From IMG/VR virus record IMGVR_UViG_3300021963_000007: a stretch of DNA of 38,720 nucleotides; one strand, given 5' to 3'. The notes under the pieces were generated by a model. It ran no database searches and had not been told where the DNA came from. It saw nothing but the letters and a program-made list of their open reading frames with translations. Shown one piece after another: positions 13,063-21,002 of this stretch. Numbering within the stretch: position 1 is the stretch's first letter; each line of letters starts with the position of its first letter. A program made the translations under genes and the position numbers. The stretch is from a virus.

Positions 13063-14199
13063 ATGGCGCTAGTTGTTGCAGATCGCGTACAGGAGACCAC
13101 TACCACTACTGGCACGGGCACTATTACGCTCGCAGGCGCGGTGTCCGGGTTTCAGTCTTTTGCAACAATTGGCAATGCCAACACGACGTATTACTGCGTC
13201 ACCAGTGGGGCCAACTGGGAAGTCGGGATTGGGACTTACACCGCTTCCGGCACTACGCTTGCCCGCACCACTATCCTAGCGTCATCCGCCGCTGGCGCGG
13301 CCATCACCCTCGCCGGTACGTCCAACGTCTTCTGCGTCTATCCAGCCAGTAAAGCGGTCTACGAAGACGCCAGCGGTAATATTGCGGGGTATCCGTTCAC
13401 TGCGGGGACGATTAATAGCACTACGATAGGCGCTACCACACCCTCGACTGGTGAATTTACCACTCTCGCTACTGGTGGCGTGGCTGTTGCCGGGTATTCG
13501 TTCACCTCGCGGTCCACCGGACTTACAAACGCATATTTTGTTGATACCGATGCTGGCGTGAACGGTATGAACATCAATTTTCTGAAAAACAGCGCTTCTC
13601 CAGCGGCATCAGACGACATCGCACTTTTGCGTTTTTACGGCAATGACAGCACCGCTGTCCAGACCGAATACGTCCGGTTGGCGGCAACAATCGCAGACCC
13701 GACCAACGCAAGTGAGGATGGAACGTTTTCGTTGATCACCGTAAAAGCCGGCGCCCTTGGGGAACGAGTCCGCTACACTTCTGCGGATGGCTTGTACGTT
13801 GTGGACGGTGCGTTTCGCTGCCCCGACGCTTATGCCAGCACCACCGGCACCGCTGCAAACATGGTGATGAGTTCTGCCAGCGGCATCCTTCAGCGCAGTA
13901 CCTCTTCGCTCCGATATAAAAACTCAGTTGCCGACGCAACCTACGGCCTTGCCGAGGTGATGCAACTTCGCCCAGTCACCTACAAAGGCAACAACGACGG
14001 CGACACTGTATTCGGTGGATTTATTGCTGAAGAAGTGCATGACATCGGGTTGTCTCAGTTTGTCCAATACGACGACCAGAACCGCCCCGATGCGCTAGCT
14101 TACGGCAATATGGTTTCTCTGCTGACCAAAGCCATGCAAGAGCAGCAGGCGGTAATCGAAGACCTCAAGGCCCGCGTGGCGGCGCTTGAAGCCAAATGA
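13063..14199 (+). CDS. Tail fibre with a C-terminal intramolecular-chaperone (peptidase S74-type) domain, 378 aa
   Basis: Track ORF. The N-terminal ETTTTTGTGTITLAGA...WEVGIGTY is a fibre anchor motif. The C-terminal portion from about nt 13897 is SSLRYKNSV...GFIAEEV...ALAYGNMVSLLTKAMQEQQAVIEDLKARVAALE, which is typical of self-cleaving chaperone domains. Confidence 0.8.
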   Translation: MALVVADRVQETTTTTGTGTITLAGAVSGFQSFATIGNANTTYYCVTSGANWEVGIGTYTASGTTLARTTILASSAAGAAITLAGTSNVFCVYPASKAVYEDASGNIAGYPFTAGTINSTTIGATTPSTGEFTTLATGGVAVAGYSFTSRSTGLTNAYFVDTDAGVNGMNINFLKNSASPAASDDIALLRFYGNDSTAVQTEYVRLAATIADPTNASEDGTFSLITVKAGALGERVRYTSADGLYVVDGAFRCPDAYASTTGTAANMVMSSASGILQRSTSSLRYKNSVADATYGLAEVMQLRPVTYKGNNDGDTVFGGFIAEEVHDIGLSQFVQYDDQNRPDALAYGNMVSLLTKAMQEQQAVIEDLKARVAALEAK

Positions 14200-14402
14200 G
14201 TCCAAATGAGCAGTTGTCGGTCTGGGTGACCCTCATTGCTACGATCACGCTGGTTAGTGGTTGCGGATACGACGGAGATTTTCGCTATCCATGCCAAAAT
14301 CCAAAAAACTGGAAAAACGAGGATTGCCAAAAGCCATTTTGTGAGGCGACCGGAACATGCCCAGAACAACTAGCGAAACGACATCAGACGAACAACCTGT
14401 AG
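14196..14402 (+). CDS. Small Cys-rich lipoprotein candidate (68 aa)
   Basis: Track ORF with an ATGA overlap to the fibre gene. It has a signal-like helix ending in the lipobox LVSGC, plus four more Cys residues. Local GC is about 45-50 percent. Confidence 0.6.
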   Translation: MSPNEQLSVWVTLIATITLVSGCGYDGDFRYPCQNPKNWKNEDCQKPFCEATGTCPEQLAKRHQTNNL

Positions 14403-14662
14403 GCAAAACAAGTTCCCGATTGACGCCCGCGGAACTTGATGCTCGTCTTCGATTTATTGTCGGCCTGACGTTAGCCGTAACGATGGTCGGGATTATCGCG
14501 GCGGTTCTTTTTTCATTGATTTTCGTGACTCAGCCGATTGATTCTCAAGCGCCAAACGATGCTGAGTTTTTCAAATTGGTAACCCCTATTGCTACATTTT
14601 TGACGGGGGCACTGAGTGGGATAATGGTGACGAGCGGCGGAAGTAAACGAGGGGACGAATGA
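14357..14662 (+). CDS. Two-TM membrane protein, class II holin-like (up to 101 aa; the start may be TTG 14420)
   Basis: Track ORF. Two hydrophobic helices (FIVGLTLAVTMVGIIAAVLFSLIFV and VTPIATFLTGALSGIMV) are followed by a charged C-terminus. Its stop is ATGA-coupled to the endolysin remnant. Confidence 0.55.
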   Translation: MPRTTSETTSDEQPVGKTSSRLTPAELDARLRFIVGLTLAVTMVGIIAAVLFSLIFVTQPIDSQAPNDAEFFKLVTPIATFLTGALSGIMVTSGGSKRGDE

Positions 14663-14700
14663 CTTTCGAGAAATCTTTCAAGGTGCTTGAAGCCAGATAA
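14659..14700 (+). pseudogene. Remnant of an endolysin 5' end (MTFEKSFKVLEAR-stop)
   Basis: 14659-14688 matches the start of the intact endolysin (16841-16870) at 28 of 30 nt, including the ATGA junction. Homology ends after GTGCTT, and a stop follows at 14698-14700. Confidence 0.8.
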
Positions 14701-15509
14701 TGTTTTCCATCGCGCCATTTTCCGTAGCACCGTTTTCGTCGATTAGAATCGACAATCAGCTTGCGGCAAACGTTTCCGCCGTTGCGTCTGCTGCCGGCGA
14801 CTTGTCCACGTCCATTCAGCTTGCGGCGAACGTTTCCGCCGTTGCGTCTGCTGCCGGCGACTTGTCCACGTCCATTCAGCTTGCGGCGAACGTTTCCGCC
14901 GTTGCGTCTGCTGCCGGCGACTTGTCTACGTCCATCCAACTTGCGGCAGACGTTTTCGCCGTTGCGTCTGTTGCCGGCGACTTATCCACGTCCATCCAAC
15001 TTGCGGCAGACGCCTCCGCCGTTGCGTCTGTTGCCGGCGACTTATCCACGTCCATCCAACTTGCGGCAGACGCCTCCGCCGTTGCGTCCGCTGCCGGCGA
15101 CTTGTTTACGTTCAAGCCGATTGCGGCAGACGTTTATGCTGTTGCGTCAGCAAGTGCCACCTTAGTTTCCGCCGTATTGATAGACGGCAGCGCGCTGATT
15201 GTAGCTAGTGCTATCGCGCAGCTTGCCGAGGTTAGCGGGCCGGTAGACATTGCGGGCCCGGCAACTGTGTCGGGAAGCGCTATAGTTTTAATCGGCAGTG
15301 GTGAGTGTTCAGTTTACGCCGGAAGCGTTGCCACTATCCAATGGCTTCCCGTAATTGATACCGGCGAATCATGGGGCCCGATTGCAACGTCTGCGGCGAC
15401 TTGGACCCCCCAGACCGCGCCAATTGATCCGTGGACCGCGCAGGCGACCCCGGCCGAGACGTGGACCGCGCAAACAGTACCACCGGGCGGCTGGTCCGCC
15501 GCCGCATAA
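14700..15509 (+). CDS. Repeat-containing fibre-region protein (269 aa) with 20-aa tandem repeats and a Trp-periodic C-terminus
   Basis: Track ORF. The unit LAANVSAVASAAGDLSTSIQ recurs about 6.5 times. The C-terminus is WGPIATSAATWTPQTAPIDPWTAQATPAETWTAQTVPPGGW. Confidence 0.7.
   Translation: MFSIAPFSVAPFSSIRIDNQLAANVSAVASAAGDLSTSIQLAANVSAVASAAGDLSTSIQLAANVSAVASAAGDLSTSIQLAADVFAVASVAGDLSTSIQLAADASAVASVAGDLSTSIQLAADASAVASAAGDLFTFKPIAADVYAVASASATLVSAVLIDGSALIVASAIAQLAEVSGPVDIAGPATVSGSAIVLIGSGECSVYAGSVATIQWLPVIDTGESWGPIATSAATWTPQTAPIDPWTAQATPAETWTAQTVPPGGWSAAA
14757..15150 (+). repeat. 60-bp tandem repeat, about 6.5 copies, in frame
   Basis: Units are phased exactly with the 60-nt sequence lines 14761, 14821, 14881, 14941, 15001, 15061 and 15121. 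Copies 1-2 differ at 1 nt, and later copies diverge progressively. Confidence 0.95.
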
Positions 15510-15521
15510 AGAGGGCCTCCG

Positions 15522-16337
15522 ATGGCAGATACCACTACCACCAACCTGTCGCTGACCAAACCGGAGGTTGGTGCCAGCGCGGACACATGGGGCGCTAAGC
15601 TCAACACCGACTTCGACCTGCTTGATGCCATCTTTACCGCGGCCGGGACGGGCACGTCGGTTGGCATCAACATCGGCGCCGGCAAAAAGATTGTCATCAC
15701 CGGCAGCATCGAAACAAACGCCATTGCCGAGCGCACCGCGGCGTCGGGCGTAACAATCGACGGGGCCCTGCTGAAAGACGGTGGGGCCGAGCTCACCACG
15801 CTGAAGGTCACGACAGGCGCCACGGCTGACCTGCCGATGGGCGGGTTCAAGGTCACCGGGCTCGCGGCGCCAACGGCCGGCACCGACGCGGTCACCAAGA
15901 CCTACGCCGACACCGCAAGCGGCTTGCAGTTTGTTTCCGGCAACCAGACGCTGTTCCGGCCCAGCGCGGCCGGCACGGGCTCGGTGCCCACCGGGTGGAC
16001 GATTGCCGCGCAGACCAACAAAGGCCTGCGAATTGTTTCCGCGACCCCCAGCTCCGGTGGCACGGACACATGGACCACCGTTTTCTCGGCCGCCAAGACC
16101 ACCGACTCAACGACGCTGACCGCGGCACAGTCTGGTATGCCCGCGCACACACACAACTACGACAAGGTGAGCTTTCCCGCAGGGGCCACGCTTGGTGGCG
16201 ATAACAGCGACTACGGGTTTACCTATACCGCGACCGCGTCCTCGCAGGCCGCCGCACAAAATGCGTCCAGCGGCCACACCCATCCTATGACGATGGATTT
16301 GCAGTACTACGACATGCACGTCATCACCAAGACCTAG
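15522..16337 (+). CDS. Tail fibre protein (271 aa)
   Basis: Track ORF. The N-terminal [27 protein letters not shown] and [25 protein letters not shown] are classic fibre motifs. His-rich C-terminal motifs (PAHTHNY, SGHTHPM) resemble tail-collar domains. Confidence 0.8.
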   Translation: MADTTTTNLSLTKPEVGASADTWGAKLNTDFDLLDAIFTAAGTGTSVGINIGAGKKIVITGSIETNAIAERTAASGVTIDGALLKDGGAELTTLKVTTGATADLPMGGFKVTGLAAPTAGTDAVTKTYADTASGLQFVSGNQTLFRPSAAGTGSVPTGWTIAAQTNKGLRIVSATPSSGGTDTWTTVFSAAKTTDSTTLTAAQSGMPAHTHNYDKVSFPAGATLGGDNSDYGFTYTATASSQAAAQNASSGHTHPMTMDLQYYDMHVITKT

Positions 16338-16342
16338 CCGCC

Positions 16343-16627
16343 ATGAAAACCATCTGCCCCCTGATTAAAGACGAATGCGCCGAGCATGCGTGCTGCTGGC
16401 ACATCCACCTGCAAGGCCAGCACCCGCAGACCGGAGAGACCCTCGACCGATACACCTGCGCCATTGCAGCCATGCCGATGCTGCTGGTGGAGACCGCTAG
16501 GCAGGGCCGGGACGCGGCCTCTCGCGTTGACAATTTGCGCGAGCTTGCAGCGCAGGCCATTAAATCATCCGCGCTGCAAAAGCCCACTCCGGAGCTGCTG
16601 AGACTCATCGGGGTGTCGGATGGCTGA
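16343..16627 (+). CDS. Hypothetical Cys/His-rich protein (94 aa)
   Basis: Track ORF with the N-terminal cluster CPLIKDECAEHACCWHIH. Confidence 0.65.
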   Translation: MKTICPLIKDECAEHACCWHIHLQGQHPQTGETLDRYTCAIAAMPMLLVETARQGRDAASRVDNLRELAAQAIKSSALQKPTPELLRLIGVSDG

Positions 16628-16844
16628 GCACCCGGATTGGCGGCAGAACGACATCGAACTGGCGATGTTGCGAAAGGACGTGGAGCTGCTCACCGACCGG
16701 GTGGGTGAGCTGACCAATCAGGTGAGCGGGCTCGTGCGAGCTTGGGAGACGGCCGGCTATATCGTCAGCATCGTGAAGTGGGCCGCGGGTCTTGCATCGG
16801 CCGCGGCCGTTGTGGCGGCGGCACTTAAGGGGTTCGGCAAATGA
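16620..16844 (+). CDS. Lysis-associated membrane protein, holin candidate (74 aa, single C-terminal TM)
   Basis: Track ORF with the hydrophobic segment YIVSIVKWAAGLASAAAVVAAAL. Its stop is ATGA-coupled to the endolysin start. Confidence 0.5.
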   Translation: MAEHPDWRQNDIELAMLRKDVELLTDRVGELTNQVSGLVRAWETAGYIVSIVKWAAGLASAAAVVAAALKGFGK

Positions 16845-17347
16845 CGTTCGAGGAATCTTTCAAGGTGCTTATCGGCCACGAAGGCGGCTACAGCGACGAC
16901 CGCAACGACCCCGGCAATTGGACTGGCGGCATAGTTGGCTCTGGCCAACTGCTGGGCACCAAGTATGGCATCGCGGCCAACACCTACCCGCAGGAAGACA
17001 TTAAAGGGCTGACGCTAGACCGAGCGCAGCAGATTTATCGCCGCGACTACTGGGACAAACTTCACGCGGACGAGCTTCCGAAACAGGTGCGTTTTGCGGT
17101 TTTCGACGCGGCCGTAAACTCTGGCACCGGGCAGGCCGCAAAATGGTTGCAGCGAGCTGTTGGGGTTCGGGACGACGGGATTATCGGCCCCGGTACACTG
17201 GCCGCGGTGCGGGCGATGGACCAGTACAAACTGGCCGCGGTGTTCATCGGGCAGCGCCTGCGCTTCATGGCGGACCTAAAAGTTTTCGACCGATATGGCA
17301 AAGGGTGGTCCCGGCGGATTGCCGACAATTTGATTAACCTACCGTAG
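16841..17347 (+). CDS. Endolysin: glycoside hydrolase family 108 domain plus a C-terminal peptidoglycan-binding domain (168 aa)
   Basis: Track ORF. It has the N-terminal GHEGGYSDDRNDPGNWTGG signature with the catalytic Glu, and a C-terminal DGIIGPGTLAAV motif. Confidence 0.85.
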   Translation: MTFEESFKVLIGHEGGYSDDRNDPGNWTGGIVGSGQLLGTKYGIAANTYPQEDIKGLTLDRAQQIYRRDYWDKLHADELPKQVRFAVFDAAVNSGTGQAAKWLQRAVGVRDDGIIGPGTLAAVRAMDQYKLAAVFIGQRLRFMADLKVFDRYGKGWSRRIADNLINLP

Positions 17348-17355
17348 GGGTGCGC

Positions 17356-17520
17356 ATGAAATACGTTTTTGCCCGACTGAAAGAGCCTTCGACGTGGAAG
17401 GGCGCGGCGCTGTTGGCTGGCGCATTCGGCCTGCATGTCCACCCGGACGCAATTGCGCAGATCGGCACCGCGGTCGGCGCCGCAATCTCAGTGGTTGAAA
17501 TCCTGCGCAAAGAAACCTGA
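17356..17520 (+). CDS. Small membrane protein (54 aa), lysis-associated candidate
   Basis: Not in the track because it is under 60 aa. Hand translation gives MKYVFARLKEPSTWKGAALLAGAFGLHVHPDAIAQIGTAVGAAISVVEILRKET. GGGG lies 5 nt upstream. It has two hydrophobic stretches. Confidence 0.6.
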   Translation: MKYVFARLKEPSTWKGAALLAGAFGLHVHPDAIAQIGTAVGAAISVVEILRKET

Positions 17521-19010
17521 TGGCGCTGGTCCCGCTTAAACTCCCCGCAGGGGTCGTTCGCAACGGCACACAATATTCTGTGGGTGGCCGTTGGTTTGAC
17601 GCAAACCTCGTGCGGTGGTCCAGCGGGATGATGCTACCGATTGGCGGGTGGCAGAGACAAACGGCAACGACATTCACGGGTGTTTGCCGTGGTCTTTTTT
17701 CGTGGCGCTCGTTGGGGATTCAGCGCTATCTGGCAGTCGGGACCAACAGCAAGCTGTATGCGTGGAACGACTCCGGGACGCTGTACGACATCACCCCGGC
17801 CGGGCTGATTGCCGGTCGCGTCGACGCGGTGTACGGCCTCGGCTACGGCACCGGCCCGTTCGGCGCCAGCACGTTCGGCACCGCCCGGGCCGCATCTGGC
17901 GGCGCTATTTTGGACGTGGCGACGTGGTCTTTCGACACATGGGGCGAGTATCTGGTAGCGGTGGCGCCTCACAACGGCACCATCTTCGAGTGGGCGCTCA
18001 ACCCGGCCAGCGTGGCGACGGCCGTTACGAATGCCCCAACGTCGAACCTTGGCGTCATCGTGACGCCAGAGCGGCATCTGGTCGCGCTTGGGGCAGGTGG
18101 CAACGGCCGCAAGGTTCAGTGGTCCTCGCAAGAGGACCGCAACCAGTGGACGGTCACGGCGACGACAACGGCCGGGGATCAGGAACTGCAAACCAGCGGC
18201 ACGATTAAGGCCGCGCGCCGCGTCCGCGGTCAGACCTTAATTGTCACCGACGTTGATGCGCACATCATGACCTATGTCGGGTTGCCATACATATACGGAT
18301 TCGAGCGGGTCGGGTCGTTTTGCGGCGCTGTTGGCGCTAACGCTATCGCGGCCGGCGATACGTTTGCGGTCTGGATGGGGGCGGACAATTTTTACAAATA
18401 TGACGGCGCTGCTGGGATTTTGCCGTGCGATGTTCGCGATTATGTTTTCGGCGACATCAACACCAACCAGATCAGCAAAGTTTACGCTGGCGCTAACCCA
18501 CAGCACTCCGAAATATGGTGGTTTTACCCTAGCGCATCCTCGACCGAAAATGACCGGTATGTGCTCTGGAATTATCGCGAAAACCACTGGAGTATCGGCC
18601 AGCTGGCGCGCACCGCGTGGACCGCGGGCGGCATCTTCCGCTACCCGTTCGCGGCCAGCACTGATGGCTACGTCTACTCGCACGAGCAGGGCTGGACCGC
18701 GGCCAACACGCCGTTATTGAGCGCCCGGTATGCGGAGTCCGGCGCCATTGAAATCGGCAATGGTGACGCGGTCGCGGTGGTGACCAAACTCATCCCGGAC
18801 GAAAAAACGCAGGGGCAGGTGACCATGTCGTTCAAAACCCGATTCACGCCCAACGGGCCCGAGTCCACGTTCGGTCCGTATCCATTGGACGACTACACCG
18901 ACGTGCGTTTTACCGGACGGCAAGCGGCCGTGCGCGTGACTGGTGCTGCTGACGCCGATTGGCGCGTCGGCACGCCGCGCGTAGAGGCAACGACCGGGGG
19001 CGGCCGATGA
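17520..19010 (+). CDS. Tail structural protein (496 aa; tail tubular/nozzle candidate)
   Basis: Track ORF with a TGATG junction. Its composition is beta-rich and W/G/T-rich. The functional assignment rests on position only. Confidence 0.55.
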   Translation: MALVPLKLPAGVVRNGTQYSVGGRWFDANLVRWSSGMMLPIGGWQRQTATTFTGVCRGLFSWRSLGIQRYLAVGTNSKLYAWNDSGTLYDITPAGLIAGRVDAVYGLGYGTGPFGASTFGTARAASGGAILDVATWSFDTWGEYLVAVAPHNGTIFEWALNPASVATAVTNAPTSNLGVIVTPERHLVALGAGGNGRKVQWSSQEDRNQWTVTATTTAGDQELQTSGTIKAARRVRGQTLIVTDVDAHIMTYVGLPYIYGFERVGSFCGAVGANAIAAGDTFAVWMGADNFYKYDGAAGILPCDVRDYVFGDINTNQISKVYAGANPQHSEIWWFYPSASSTENDRYVLWNYRENHWSIGQLARTAWTAGGIFRYPFAASTDGYVYSHEQGWTAANTPLLSARYAESGAIEIGNGDAVAVVTKLIPDEKTQGQVTMSFKTRFTPNGPESTFGPYPLDDYTDVRFTGRQAAVRVTGAADADWRVGTPRVEATTGGGR

Positions 19011-19240
19011 GTTCCCCGGCGCCGGCATCACTTCGTTTGCCCGTCCCGCTTTCGGCGTACAGCGCCGAGCGAGAGGTCGTGCGCAACGGGATCATCGAGC
19101 GGGCCGATACCATGAACCGAAAACGTGGGCAGGACCTAGAGGTGAGCGGGTCCGAGCGACTGATTTTGTCCTCACCAGACGGTACGCGATGGAAACTGAC
19201 GGTCTCGAACGCTGGGGTGCTGACCGCGACTTCGTTTTAG
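19007..19240 (+). CDS. Hypothetical tail-module protein (77 aa)
   Basis: In-frame ATG 19007 (ATGA overlap) of track ORF 18959..19240. Confidence 0.65.
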   Translation: MSSPAPASLRLPVPLSAYSAEREVVRNGIIERADTMNRKRGQDLEVSGSERLILSSPDGTRWKLTVSNAGVLTATSF

Positions 19241-19644
19241 CGCTGGACGCTGTCCGGGTCGACGGTGAGCTGCCGGAATGGGCCGAGGTGTTCGCCCGGT
19301 GCTACGGTTGGATCGAGGCCGCGCTGGCCCGGTCCGGCGGCACGCACCATGTGGTCGATGTGTTCGACCGAGTAGCGCGAGGACAGGCGCAGTTCTGGTC
19401 GGACCCCGAGGGGTGCGCTGTCACTGAAATTGTGGCGCACCCGCGCTGTACGGAATTGAACGGGTGGCTGGCCGGGGGCTCGCTAGAGGCCGCCGAGCGC
19501 ATCGAGGCCTACGTCGAGGACTACGCGCGGCGCAACGGGTGCCGGCGGATTATCACTACATGCCGGCGCGGATGGGAGCGCAGTTGGATGACAAAACGAA
19601 GCGGGTATGTGGCCGAGCAGGTCACCCTTACCAAGGAGCTTTAG
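19189..19644 (+). CDS. Hypothetical protein (151 aa) with a weak GNAT-like C-terminal pattern; start uncertain
   Basis: Track ORF that overlaps the upstream gene by 52 nt. The YARRNGCRRIITTC...GY pattern is only suggestive. Confidence 0.5.
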   Translation: METDGLERWGADRDFVLALDAVRVDGELPEWAEVFARCYGWIEAALARSGGTHHVVDVFDRVARGQAQFWSDPEGCAVTEIVAHPRCTELNGWLAGGSLEAAERIEAYVEDYARRNGCRRIITTCRRGWERSWMTKRSGYVAEQVTLTKEL

Positions 19645-19646
19645 AG

Positions 19647-20576
19647 ATGGGCAATTCGAGTTCTCCGCAGACGAGCACTTCGACCGTCAAGCTGCCGGAG
19701 TGGATGGACACGGCCGGGCAGCAGCTTTGGCAGCAGGCCTCGCAGGTCGCCTCGAAACCGTATGAGGCCTACACCGGCCAGCGCGTGGCGCAATTCACCC
19801 CGGCAGAAGTCGAGGCGCAGCAGCGCGCGATGGCGTTCTCGAATGCCAACGTCGGTGGCGCCGCGCTTGACCAGAGCATGGGCGCAACCCGGGCCGGCAC
19901 CGAATACAACGCAAAATCGATCCTCGACATGGGGCTCGACAAGTACATGAACCCATATCTGCAAAACGTCAGCGACCGCGCGATGTCGGACATCCAGCGG
20001 CAGCAGACGATGACGCAGCAAAAGAACGCACAATCCGCCGCCGCTGCCGGGGCGTTTGGTGGGTCGCGACATGGTGTGGCGGAGGCAGAGACCGCGCGGA
20101 ACTACGGGGACATTTACGCGAACCAGACGGCGAACATGTATGCCAACGCATTTAACAACGCGGCCGGGCTCGCGCAAGGCGACATCACGAACGCATACAA
20201 CGCACAGAACCTGCGGCTGAGCGCAGCGAACCAACTGGCGACGATGGCGGGGACGCAGCGGCAGTTCGGCATGCAGGACATCGACCTCGCGAATCAGGTC
20301 GGGATGGCACAGCGCAAGCTGGACCAAGCGCAGGCCGACTTCGATTACCAGCAATGGCAGGAGCAGCAGAACTATCCGATGCGCCAGCTTGCGATCAAGC
20401 AAGGCACCCTGTTCGGCATGCCGCACGGGTCGACAACGACCAGCACCACGACGGGCGGGAGTGGCGGGTCCAACCCGCTGATGGGCGCCGCTGGGGGTGC
20501 AATGGCCGGGTCCGCGTTTGGGCCGTGGGGCGCCGTTGCAGGCGGAACCATCGGCCTGCTCGGTTCGCTGTTTTAG
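19647..20576 (+). CDS. Virion internal protein candidate (309 aa) with a Gly-rich hydrophobic C-terminus
   Basis: In-frame ATG 19647 of track ORF 19464..20576, with GGAG 9 nt upstream. It is Q/N/A-rich and ends GGAMAGSAFGPWGAVAGGTIGLLGSLF. Confidence 0.6.
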   Translation: MGNSSSPQTSTSTVKLPEWMDTAGQQLWQQASQVASKPYEAYTGQRVAQFTPAEVEAQQRAMAFSNANVGGAALDQSMGATRAGTEYNAKSILDMGLDKYMNPYLQNVSDRAMSDIQRQQTMTQQKNAQSAAAAGAFGGSRHGVAEAETARNYGDIYANQTANMYANAFNNAAGLAQGDITNAYNAQNLRLSAANQLATMAGTQRQFGMQDIDLANQVGMAQRKLDQAQADFDYQQWQEQQNYPMRQLAIKQGTLFGMPHGSTTTSTTTGGSGGSNPLMGAAGGAMAGSAFGPWGAVAGGTIGLLGSLF

Positions 20577-20585
20577 GAGGGCACC

Positions 20586-21002
20586 ATGTTCGGCAGCCTG
20601 TTCAATCCCAACACCGCGGCCAGCTCAAGCTGGGCGCCGGGCTGGGCTTCCCAGCTTTACCAGCCGGCGTCGATGCCCGGCGCCACCCCGGCCAACTCAT
20701 GGGGCGCGGGCATGTACAGCCCGCAGAGCATGGGCATGGCCCCCGGGCTCGACAGTTCTGGCTTGCTGGCGGAGTCCTTGTACGCCCCAAAAAGTCTGGG
20801 GGCGATGGGTGGGGGTGTAAACATGGGCCAGATGACGGCCGGGCTCGGCCTGTTGGCCGACAGTATGGACAAACCCGCCCCGCAGATGCAGGCCCCGCAA
20901 GCCCAGATTACGCCCGGCCGGTACATTCCAATCGAGGAGCTGATGAAGCTGATGGGTGCCACCGCGATCCCGTACTCCCCCCAGAGGTCCCCCTATGGCT
21001 AG
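20586..21002 (+). CDS. Low-complexity (M/G/P/Q/S-rich) virion protein candidate (138 aa)
   Basis: Track ORF with an AGGAGG Shine-Dalgarno sequence at 20575-20580. Confidence 0.6.
   Translation: MFGSLFNPNTAASSSWAPGWASQLYQPASMPGATPANSWGAGMYSPQSMGMAPGLDSSGLLAESLYAPKSLGAMGGGVNMGQMTAGLGLLADSMDKPAPQMQAPQAQITPGRYIPIEELMKLMGATAIPYSPQRSPYG

Noticed and set aside
14757-15150. Possibility that the 60-bp repeats are a CRISPR array, or the variable/template repeats of a diversity-generating retroelement.
   Set aside because: The repeats are directly abutting with no spacers, and no cas genes are present. There is also no reverse transcriptase in the window, and the differences between copies are not confined to adenine positions.
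14592-15165. Repeat-containing ORFs in other frames of the 60-bp repeat: 14592..14939 on the minus strand and 14761..15165 in another + frame.
   Set aside because: Any frame of a tandem repeat stays open, so these ORFs are uninformative. Their products are Arg/Pro-rich. Only the 14700..15509 frame continues into non-repetitive sequence and is coupled to neighbouring genes.
19189-19240. The 52-nt overlap between 19007..19240 and 19189..19644 as a programmed frameshift site.
   Set aside because: No X-XXY-YYZ slippery heptamer or downstream structure is visible. The overlap is more likely due to an uncertain start codon for the downstream gene.
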